A DNA stretch of 64,000 nt, taken from NCBI GenBank assembly GCA_051294905.1, contig CM119371.1:16804001-16868000 (forward strand), in the 5' to 3' direction. Position numbers and translations under genes: made by a program. This DNA comes from Botryllus schlosseri. Lineage: Eukaryota. Shown here piece by piece: positions 38,955 through 49,587 of the stretch; positions within the stretch are counted from its first letter, which is position 1, and each line of letters starts with the position of its first letter. The notes beneath the pieces were generated by a model that ran no database searches, was not told where the DNA came from, and saw only the letters and a program-made list of their open reading frames with translations.

Positions 38955-40999
38955 CTTTACGCGATAAAAAGGACGGAACCGGAATTGGAAACAGTCCTTG
39001 CAAAACTGTGACCAAGGATGGGTTGGTGAAAGCTGCAGAACAGCAGAGCGTCGAGACGGCAAGGGCCGCTGGCGCTGGCGTCGAAGTGGCAGGGGCTGCT
39101 GACGCAAACGTTGGGTCGGTAAACACCGCTGACGTTACAATAGAAAAGAGAGACTCTTTGGGTGCCGAGCAAGGAAGGCCTGCTGACACCTGCCAAAATC
39201 GCGCCGAGCGAGGAAGTCCCGCTGACGCAAATGGAGTTCAAACTAATGAAGGAGGCTCCAATGATGTAGGCAATATGAGCGTCGAGTTGGCAAGGGCCGC
39301 TGACGCACACGTTGGGTCGGTTAACACCGCTGGCGTTACAAGAAATCAAAGAGACTCTTTAGGTGCCGAGCAAGGAAGTCCTGCTGACACCAGTCTAATT
39401 CGTGCCGAGCGAGGAAGTCCCGCTGACGCGAATGGGGGTCAAACTAATCAAGCAGACCCCGAGGATGTAGGCAAAGCTGCTTGTCCAGATGACGGTAAGG
39501 CATCAGTGCGGAATGATCCCACGACAGCTGCCGTCATGCCTACTTCACTCAACAATAGTTCCAACGCAGCTACTACATATTTTCCGGATATGAGTCCGGA
39601 GGAGACTAAAGAGGAGTCTGGAGATTTTAGGATGCAAGTCTCTCCAGAACAAGGACCCCCGTCGAATCAAAGTTCCGGCGGCGTGACGTTAGGCGTGGGC
39701 ACGCGCCGAGATCAGAGGTTAACACGAATAGGTAGGGAAGTCCCGCTGACGGAAAAAAACCTCGTCCTCTCCCCACCAACTAAAAAATCCCGATTATCGC
39801 ATAAGCTAAACAGAAGGATGAACGGTTTGGTAACCACGTACGTTCTACAAGAGGGAACCAGTGCTGAGGTAAATACTGAACTTGAGGTCCTGCGCCCACA
39901 ATCAATTGAGCTAGCAAAATTGCCATATACGCCCCTTGATTTGACTACGCCAGAAAATACCATTATCGCTGACAACGTATGGTCAGAGGACTATAAACCT
40001 TTTGCGACTGAGCTGGAAGATCTGCGATGCCATCTTAGCGTGCCCCATTCTATGAAGTACAAGTACGACAGCGAACTAAAAGACCCATCAACTAAGCCAT
40101 TTGTCTCTGGCCCATCTAATGTGAAAGGTGAAAGCCATACCAAGTATTTACATGAAGCTGTAACCATGTGGTCAGCAAATATAGAGTCATGCGCGGTAAA
40201 ACCAATAACGGAGAAGTACCAGCAGCACATAAAAGAACATGGCCAGGCTGATAGAAAAAATACAATAGCTATGGAAGCCTACATTTCTCTCAGCACAAAG
40301 ACGGCCGAAGATAACTTACTTCTCTTACGAGTTGGGTTTAAAATAAAGGAAGTGATTTATCTCAGCACGATGCAAGTATTCGCGTCAGATGGATTGTCCC
40401 GATCCTATTGGATAGGAATGGCAGTAGGAGATGACGATCCCCGTGCTGCTACTCCGAAAAGGGAAGAAGTAACCCATATTTTGAGTGCATATCAACAAGA
40501 AGGGGTGCAACGAACATTAATGTACCAATTCGGGCATGCAGAGTGCCAAGACTCGACAAATGGATACCACCGATTGGAATACATACATGCGATTGTACAA
40601 GGCAAACTGAAATCAATTGTTGAAATGACCGAAATAAAAAACGTCATGATAAGTTACGATAGGGCTGTAGTCACGAACTACGGTTTGGCCGCGACACACG
40701 AACATACGAAAGGGTCGATTCCCCGCTACCGGGAGTACGGAGGTGACGGTATGTTATGTCACATGACGACTGAATTGAACACAAAAGTTCTCATGAACGA
40801 GGGGATCAAAATGATAAACAGAAAGTTTGTTCATCCTAGTAAGTCAAAGACGACAAAGATGCTAGGCCTGAAGATTGTTATCAGCATGAATGCGGCGGAC
40901 CTGATTACTGAAGGTGTGAAATTGCTACAATCTCCAAATCCCGATGTTGTGCTGTGTACAGGGCCAATACCGGTGAAACCAGTGCAATTGGGAAATTGA
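38951..40999 (+). CDS. 682-aa ORF: repetitive disordered N-terminus, unassigned middle, C-terminal Tpt1/KptA-like domain (about aa 519-678)
   Basis: Motif order LMYQFGH / NGYHRL / YDR / LAATHEHT / LCHMT / EGIKMINRKFVHPS / ISMNAADLITEGVKLLQSPNPDVVLCTGPIP parallels Tpt1 LS..LRH / DGWV / K.R / IRA.QGHS / .YHGT / EGL..M.R..VHLS / ID......G......S.N.V.L....P. Confidence 0.75.
   Translation: MTLRDKKDGTGIGNSPCKTVTKDGLVKAAEQQSVETARAAGAGVEVAGAADANVGSVNTADVTIEKRDSLGAEQGRPADTCQNRAERGSPADANGVQTNEGGSNDVGNMSVELARAADAHVGSVNTAGVTRNQRDSLGAEQGSPADTSLIRAERGSPADANGGQTNQADPEDVGKAACPDDGKASVRNDPTTAAVMPTSLNNSSNAATTYFPDMSPEETKEESGDFRMQVSPEQGPPSNQSSGGVTLGVGTRRDQRLTRIGREVPLTEKNLVLSPPTKKSRLSHKLNRRMNGLVTTYVLQEGTSAEVNTELEVLRPQSIELAKLPYTPLDLTTPENTIIADNVWSEDYKPFATELEDLRCHLSVPHSMKYKYDSELKDPSTKPFVSGPSNVKGESHTKYLHEAVTMWSANIESCAVKPITEKYQQHIKEHGQADRKNTIAMEAYISLSTKTAEDNLLLLRVGFKIKEVIYLSTMQVFASDGLSRSYWIGMAVGDDDPRAATPKREEVTHILSAYQQEGVQRTLMYQFGHAECQDSTNGYHRLEYIHAIVQGKLKSIVEMTEIKNVMISYDRAVVTNYGLAATHEHTKGSIPRYREYGGDGMLCHMTTELNTKVLMNEGIKMINRKFVHPSKSKTTKMLGLKIVISMNAADLITEGVKLLQSPNPDVVLCTGPIPVKPVQLGN
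39080..39472 (+). repeat. In-frame 201-bp (67-aa) tandem duplication inside ORF3
   Basis: VEVAGAADANVGSVNTAD... starts at 39080 and VELARAADAHVGSVNTAG... at 39281. Confidence 0.92.
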
Positions 41000-42445
41000 A
41001 AATACTGCAGGGGGTCCGTCATTTGTGCACAGAATGATTAGTTTGTACTTCCCAGGAATTTGGCTGCACAATGAATTCAAACGGACAAAACCTAAACCCC
41101 GTAATTAGATATATGCTGAATCAGCAGGAGTGCATTTAATACAAGAGAATAATTGATGAGAAAAAAAGGATTCAAGTTAGAGTGTTTCACATGAAAGAAA
41201 TCGATTATTTCATGGGTAAACATGAAATGGGACGTGTTGCACATGTTCCGGGAAACCAGGTGAATAGTATATGTGTTCCAATAATTTAATCATTTCGAAC
41301 TCAATCACAGCTTAGCCGTATAATTCCCAAGTGAGATCAATTCTAAAATCCTTTAAAATATGTTTGCTATTTTAAAGATAATTTCAAGTGAAATTTATAT
41401 GTTTGATTCATGATATAGTCGTTTGTTAGAGAGACTCATCAAGTTTATTTATATGCATGAAACAGTGTAGATCTCGAAAAAGCTACTTTTTGAATGGATT
41501 CTTAACGATTTCATCTACAGCTGGCAGATTGCATCGTGTCTTATATCACCTAATCAACCTTCTGATTGGAATGATGAATAGTATGATGTTTGCGAAAATT
41601 TACACAACTTTAAAATTGCAATTCCAGCCGTTTTTCGGATTTGTTTCTTATAGGCGAAAAAAAGTGCAGAAACCTGCGAAAGTGTTTTTAGTAATCATGC
41701 TCTAAGACACCACAAAATAATTATTTGTATACCGTAAATGCCATATCATTTATGAATTCCAAATATATCATAAAACAGCATCAAATAATCAAATAATCTG
41801 TTTTTCATTGATTGATAACATGATATCGACTTTTAGATTAATACGCACAACGCACTATGTACAAATACTCGAAATCGATGGTCTGTAAGTACCCAATTAC
41901 AATTCCAAACGCACATCCTATTTGCATCATATCCTTACCACTTCTAGGCAGAAATACTGGAAATGGCGGTGGCGGTGGAGGTGGAGGTGGATGTGGTAGA
42001 ATACGTGGAGATGGATTTTCTTCACTGAAGCCTGTTACATACGGATATGGATATTTACAGCATCCAAAATGGTAAACCTACGGTCATTATATAACCACCA
42101 TTTGTTATCTCACTCGCAATGTAACCGATGCCTGGTTACACAATATTAGCGACACCTTTATCAGTTTCATGACCTTACTCTGATGTCGTAGACTTTGGCT
42201 TAACATGAACAGCCCTTTTACGACGAGAGAAGCTACTCCAGTATATAAAACATACCACTAATATATATGTATACATCTGGCGTACGGAAATGTCAATGTC
42301 TATTATCCCGGCACATAAAAAGTGGTCCATAAAAACAGCAAGCTGTAGTTTAACAACGATTCGGCTTAAGTGATATTCTCTTTGGTGTACTGTTGGACTC
42401 CTTTTAGCAGGATCGGATGAGGCGGAGGAGATGGGATATCGACAT

Positions 42446-43544
42446 CAGAGTTGGATAAATTAAAATAATTCAGTTCAATTACAATTACAATGCCTCCCTT
42501 GCATGTTTCAAATACATTATATTCACAAATAATCCGAGCTAAAATATCAAATTACAATTAAAATTACTGTTAAACGTGTAATTGATTAATCATAAATTCA
42601 ACTTCGGTAGAGAGGTGCTCTTTGACTACTGTATTGACGTAATTAGCAACAATCACCAGGTATTCGAACTTCATCCCTGATACGTAGAATAGCCTACCCT
42701 TTGATTAAAAAAAAAACTTGAACGATTCCGAACTATTTCTAATCGTGAGTACTGAAAAATCAAAAACACATGAAAACTTCAGTAAAGCGTCGGTGATAAG
42801 GATGATAGAGAAAAGGTCTGTAAAATTACAATAAATGCAAAAGGAAAGAAGCTCCTGATAACTACAAATTACAAAATTTGGATGGGGTTACAGTTGGGGT
42901 TTGAGTATCCTTAGATTAGGTTAGCCGGTGAGAGAATATTAATCTTGGAGGTGCATTAGGGTTAGGAGTTGGGGATATTAGGGTTGGCGATGGGCTAGGG
43001 TATCCCAAGATTAGGGCTGTGCGGAAGTGATGTTAGGGTTGAGGGTGGGATCGGGTTACGGGTGGCGGATATTAGAATTGGTGGTGAGGGATACGACACT
43101 CCCAACCCTAATCTTAGGATACCCGAACCCTAATACCACCCCACCCAAAACTTGGGATACCCTACGGCACCGACTACCCACACACGTAACGCTATTATCC
43201 TCCCAATCGTAACTCTAATTCCCCGCACCCACAACACGAATCCCAAAGCCAAAATCAATTTATTTTAACATTTATAAATTATGACATGTTCGTGGGAAAC
43301 AGTTATTGGTGTCACTGGGAGCACGGGTTGGTAGTTGATCGTAAAACGAAGAAGAGTTAATTATGTTATGTTGTGCTTGTCAGGTCTTCATAGCAATGCA
43401 CTGTAATTGCAATTGCAAATAAGCATTTTTTTATATAGAATTACAATTACAATTACACAAAATTGAAATGCTCCAATTACAATTACATGAAAAATCTAAT
43501 TATTACCTCCAGCTCAATTAAAAATTACAATTGATCCAACTATG
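42446..43544. mobile_element. hAT-type MITE (CAATTA-rich) with an internal G-rich/C-rich foldback
   Basis: TIRs CAGAGTTGGAT / ATCCAACTATG; perfect TSD ATCGACAT. Confidence 0.85.
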
Positions 43545-45559
43545 ATCGACATACGGTTCTGAACCATCATGAAATAGATGTTAAGCTCCAATAAACCAGA
43601 TATCCTTGTTAAAACACAAATTTTGGGTTGAGAGAAGTAATTTCAGTAGGCTATCAAATACCTTCTAAGTCAATATATACATTTGAAGTTCTCAGATGTA
43701 AATGTCATTATCCCATCACCTTAAAAGTGTGCTACGAAAATAGAAAATTGCAGTTTAAAAAGGTTCAGCTGTAAGTAATACCCTACTTTCAATGCTGTCT
43801 CACTGACATGTTATTGGAATGGTCGAGCGAAGTGGAGGATATGAGCTGTCTATATCGTATTCTGGAATATTAGAAAGTATTAGCCTTCTGAAAGTTAAAC
43901 TCATATAAACTGGATATCATAACAGAATTGCCATAGAGCAATGGTTCCCAAGGCATGGGCCGCGACCCAAATATACGTCGCCCGATATTATTTAAGTCAC
44001 ATGCTTTGAGGAATATTATATGAGAGATGTAACAATAACAATACAGCTACATTAATTGAAAACGTAAAGAGATCAGAAAACTTGTTAATATACACACAAG
44101 TAATGAATCGTCGTTTAAACACATATACCCAATTGATTCTGCTGGTGTCCACTTTTGCTCTTCCATGAACTACGTGTATCACAAAGTTTCAAAATATGGT
44201 ATGTGAAAGCCTTTCTCATTCAAAACTACATGTCTTTTTGAGACTGGATTAAAGTGCAATGTGTGCGGTTTCTCTATGCAACTGAATTGCAATTTGCAAA
44301 TAATATGTGCAAGTTTTTTTCATAATATCAATAAAATCAATAATAATAGTTGCTACATACAAATCCTAATTTATTTACAATTGGCAATTTTGAGAGGCCT
44401 TTGATAATACTTTGCTTCATATTAAAGTACATGTAGTCGGATTCGGAGTCAGAAGTAATTTTACAAACTCCTACCCCGACTCCAGTCAGTATTTTGTCCC
44501 GACTCCGACTTCAAGGAACGTTAACAAATTTTTGTGACTCCAACTCCAACTCCACAGCCTTGTCGGGAATCTCACACGTAATGTGACCAAGGCATATGTT
44601 TACACATTATTATCGACGCCTTGATCGGTTCAACGAGTTTACTGTTATGTCGCAGACGTCGATTTAACAAAAACAGACATTTTGGGTTGATAAAAGCTAC
44701 TATAGTATCTAATAAATAGTCAATTAAAATATGCATCCGAAGTCCGGATCACTGTCTATTAGACCTGCTCATAACATGTACGTCGCAAAAATAGCAAGTT
44801 CTATTTTAACGACGTCCATGTGTACGTTGTATTCTCACCGGTGTCCATTTGTACTCTTGGATGTCTTGGAAGGATTGCAGGAGGTCGACCAGATGAGATA
44901 GCACCATGTAGTCCTGAGACATAATTAAATATATGCTAACTCTTATAAACCGGATATCCTTGTTCAATCACAAGTTTTGGGTTGTGAGAAGCTACCCCAG
45001 TTGGCTATCAATTAACGTTTACTTTTCGATTCATTTTCTATTCAGTCGATTACAGCCTTTACCGGTCATTAGATGATTGGGAACAACAGATACTCTTTTG
45101 GATCAGTACGGACAAGGATTCTACATCGATGGTGTCTAAGTACTACTTACAATTTCAAATGCACATCCTATATATATCATGTTCTTACCGCCGCTAGGTA
45201 GACTTTCTCGCGGTAATGGCAATGGAGCTTGATGACGTGGCGGAGGAGAATGGTTTTCGTCATGGCACACTGTTACATATACGGAGATAAATATTTACGG
45301 TTTCCTAAATGTTAAACCAACATGCAACACTTGTTAATTTCCAGCATCGGGAATTACATGCGCAATGTAACCAGTACATAGATAGCCTACGCGTTATCAT
45401 CGACACCTTTATCAGATTAACGAATTTACTCAGATGTCATAGAGTAGACTGTAATGCAAAGATACCTTCTTTCTTTAAAAAAACTACTCCAGTATCTAGT
45501 AAATACTCAACTAACATATGCATCAGAAGTTCGGAAAAGCCAATGTCATTAGTCCATTA

Positions 45560-46164
45560 CAGGGTTGTAATGACTCGAGTCATGACTCGACTCGAGTCAG
45601 ACTCGAGTCGCGATGTTTTGGTGACTCGACTTGACTCGAGTCATTTTGTTAGAATTAAAAATGACTCGACTCGACTCGAGTCAATTTGTGTATTGACTCG
45701 ACTTGTACTCGAGTCATTACGCATGACTCGGACCAAGTCATATGACTCGAGACTGGGTCTACCAAGACAGGCATTTCATTGTAATTTCGAAGATTAGTCA
45801 AGCTATCACACTATTATTATTTTGTCTATCAGTACTGGTACTTGAAAATTCAATCAGAAACTGTTAAAAGTGTAGGAAAACCAATATATATATATTATGA
45901 TTGCGAAGCTATCAATATATCACCGCGCAGAGTTGTAAAAAGTTGGTTTCACTTAACATTATCTCGGAACAGAACAGTCAACACAATGACTTGGACTCGG
46001 ACTCGAGTCAAAATACTGTGACTCGGACTTGACACTCTACTCCGTGACTTGGACTCTGACTTGACTCGGTGGTGAATTTAAAATGACTCGACTTGACTCG
46101 AGTCAAAACTATAAAAGTGAGATTGACTTATGACTCGGAACCTTGTGACTTGGTTACAACCCTG
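45560..46164. mobile_element. hAT-type MITE (GACTCGAGTC-rich)
   Basis: TIRs CAGGGTTGTAA / TTACAACCCTG; perfect TSD GTCCATTA. Confidence 0.92.
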
Positions 46165-47765
46165 GTCCATTATATAAAAAGTGTGCAACAAAGAGCGAAA
46201 ATACAGGAAGTCCAGGAATCCGGTTCCCCGCTAGAGTCTGTTTAGGGATCGGTGGTGGAAATGAGATATCGTCATACGGTTTTAAAGCATTATGAATGTG
46301 TTAAACTACCATCAACCTGATTATCCTTATCCAAGCAGAAATCTTGGGCTGAGAGATAGAGTGAGAGAGAGAAGGGGATATTCATTGTCGCTTGCACCAT
46401 CAAGATGCTTTGACGACGGAGATGCGATACGACCGTAAGGTCACCTAGTCCGCACCCCGGTTTTGATCTCCTTCACGCTATCCGAGGAGGCTGAGCGTCT
46501 AGCAGTATAGCCGCAAATAACAGTTTTCGACCTACCCATCGAGGCACCGGACGCAAAACTATAACACTATCTCGCTCGCTCGCGAAGCTATCAGGTATCC
46601 GCTCAGCTAATCTATACATTTGCAGTTCGGAAATATTAGTGTCATTAGCCAATAACATAAAAAGTTTGCAACAAAATAGCACATTGTAGTTTAAAAAAGT
46701 CCAGATGTAAGTTGCAAGCGCCATTCTGTATCGCTAAATCTTCTTGTAACGGATTGGCGAGGCGAAAGATATGAGCTCTCACTCATGTGTTCCGGAATAT
46801 TAGGAAAAATATATGCCTTCTGAATGTTGATCTCATACAAACTGAATATCCTTGTTCATAACAAGATTGCCATCATAGAGCATTCGCTTCCCCGGCATGG
46901 GTCGTGACCCAAATATGCGTCGCCTGTTATTATGATTTTACGTATAGTATATGTGAGGTGAAAAAAAAAACAATAAACTGCAATAATTGAGAACGTGAAG
47001 AGATCAGAAAACATGTAAATATTGAGTCGACACCGATTCATGAGTTGTTTCATGACGATACCGGGAGTGACACAACAAAAACATACGATAAATCGGAATC
47101 CGCACAATCTGGAATTAACCCTCTTGAATGTAATTACCGCATGGTAAAAACACTGGTACTATGGTCTTTTTGAGACGGGATCCGAATACTATGTGTGCAG
47201 TTACAACTAAACAGCGAGACCAGCCGTAAGTTGAAGACGACATGTGGTATAACTGTCTGACACGGATATAGCATGAGTTTTGCTGGTCATAGACATTTAT
47301 TGATCTTCTCGGTGAAGAGTAGCCTAAATTTCGCCACAATTTTACGAACATCGATATAAGAGCTCATATTCAAGTATTAGTCAAGTCCAATATTGCTCAA
47401 CGTATAATCCCACGCAAACTTGTGCATTAGGTGCCGGAATGTATGAAGAGCTGTCATACAACGACACAATATTATATTGTAGTAATTATATGCATTTTCA
47501 GTTTATTTCAAGGTATATCACTGGCCAATCTGCGTCTGTCAATGCTAAAATAACCGATATAGAATCTGTAGAACTCTATTTATAGCTTTCACAACTACAT
47601 TGAATATTGCAGTACAGAATTTATTAACTCGAAGACTTTTCGTGTACCCCTAGCTTATCGAGTGTTAACGGCACAATAACAAGCATACAGAAAGAGATTC
47701 AAAGGAAAACCAAATTGGCGAAGTTTGACGTAATAATGCAACAATAAAAAAATGAACGCTATAGG

Positions 47766-49587
47766 CAGGGGTCTATAAATGGTACTTAAGTACAATTTAG
47801 CAAAAATAGCTTATTTTATACTCAAACAGAATTTTAAATTATACTAAATTATACTTTTATGAAAAATGGCTCTTTCCTGGCATAGGAGGGTACCATACTG
47901 CGACTTTTATGTGAAAACAAGCTCGTGTTTTGCGTTACTCCACCTGCCGGTGTTTCAAGTTTAATGATCTAACCAAAAATCACACAAGTTTCTGCAGCTC
48001 TTGAAACTGTTTTGCATGAAGGCAGTCTTCGAGCGAGAAATCGGTCAGGCTCTCCCGGTAGTCATCCTTTTCAATTCCGATGGCGAAAAAATCCGCCTCC
48101 ACTGGTGCCGTCGTTGGAAACACGGTCGAGAGCGTTCCTCAGAAGTCTTTTAGGGTGGGCAGGTGTATGTTCATACCCTCGAGGACACCCCAAGCGTCCC
48201 TGAAGCTGCTGTCAGGGCCCTCCTCCTCCAACGTAATGCGGAAATTGTCATGGTCTCTGTAAAAGTCCCGCAGTTGAGCGTGCTCCGTCTCGACATCCTC
48301 GAGTTTTTCTTCGGCCCACCCAGCTGCTCGAAGCCGTCCTGACTGTTCGCGAACCAAGTCAGAGACAGCTGAACGACGCAACTTAACCAGTTCCTTTGGG
48401 AGCGTCGGTGGTATCTCGTTGTTTTTGATGTCCGCGTTGTTTGCCAGGAGATCACAGACGCCATGAAGTAGGGTGCAAACCAGAAGGCCGATTCCCCTTT
48501 GAACAGTTTTCCTTGTAGCCTCCAAGATTTCATCAAGTTTTGCCTGCACAAAAAGTCCTAAGTCGAGGATGAATTCCTGAACATTTGTCATGGAAACAGA
48601 AACTGATTCCACTCTGACGTATTCTAATTCACCCTGGAAGCCATCCTCCTCACAAAGCTCTGTAGTTACTGAACACAAGTCCTTCAGGTCGTCACGCAAC
48701 TTCATCAGCTTGTCGTGCTGCTCGGTGACCAGAGTTTTCTTGCCTTGCAGGGACTTGACCACTTTCAGGACCTCTCCGGCGATTACAACGACAGGGTGTT
48801 TGGTGACAATTTTGAGCTAGTTAAAAAAAATTGGGGGGGGGGGATTCTCGATTTTTCACGAAAATGAGAGATTTTAAATGGAATTTTAACCTACTTATTG
48901 CTTGAAATCATGTAAGATGAATATATTTTATGAAACAGTCAGTCTCATACTTTGTAATTCTGCCATAAAAAAGTATGAAACATTTTGATGATCTTGGTGG
49001 ACCTTCCCCCCTTAAGAACTGATTCAACCTACTGCCGTTATATACACTGCAACAGTATATTCCGGTTTTGTCCAGTTCAGCAGGGATCGTCAGCCTTGCC
49101 AAGTTACAACCTATAGTTCAGATAATTCACTCACTCACTAGAGTTTAGATTATAGCGAGCGAGAAAGATGAAATTTGGAAGCCTATTATGGCAATTTAAT
49201 TTGAGCTGCGATAGATCACAAAACGGAAAAAAAATGAACAAAGGAAGAGGAAAATGAGCTGAGCGTGGAATGAAATGAAGCGGAAATCAATCCAACCGTG
49301 CGAGTAAAGCCACACACACAGCACTGCGCAGGAAGAACCCCAGTGCAGTGCGGCATCTGCACGCCGCCGCTGCGGTCTCCCCACCTAACCGCCAGGCAGC
49401 ACCTGTGGGAGCCAGCAGGGCCCGAACGGAAGCGATAAACCCGCCAGTGCGTTTCTTAGAGACTCCGGTGAACTGACAAACACCGAAAAATGGTAAACAA
49501 AAAAATCCCTATTTTATACTCGACAGAAATTTTATTTTATACTAAATTGTACTTTTGAGACCCAAAAGTACAATTTAAAGTGGCCTG
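47766..49587 (-). mobile_element. Internally deleted hAT transposon
   Basis: Imperfect TIRs CAGG....TAAAT.GTACTT; perfect TSD GCTATAGG; carries a transposase C-terminal fragment. Confidence 0.88.
47980..48820 (-). pseudogene. hAT transposase C-terminal part, including the dimerization motif
   Basis: The ORF at 48139-48762 continues past one TGA as GTLSTVFPTTAPVEADFFAIGIEKDDYRESLTDFSLEDCLHAKQF. Confidence 0.75.

Larger units (their letters stand above)
31156..41005 (+). mobile_element. Retrovirus-like / Ty3-Gypsy-type LTR element, incomplete (no RT, RNase H or integrase seen); boundaries uncertain
   Basis: PBS, Gag with CCHC knuckle, -1 frameshift signal, DTG protease and a long downstream ORF. 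The left edge is tentatively set at TGTAATG (31156), where an exon-like host segment is interrupted. Coding character is lost abruptly after 41000. Confidence 0.8.

Noticed and set aside
38951..40999. ORF3 as reverse transcriptase or integrase
   Set aside because: No YxDD, LPQG/PFG, RNase H or HHCC/DDE motifs; VGDDD lacks the surrounding RT context.
45309..45797. 162-aa ORF
   Set aside because: Runs across a MITE boundary into GACTCGAGTC repeats.
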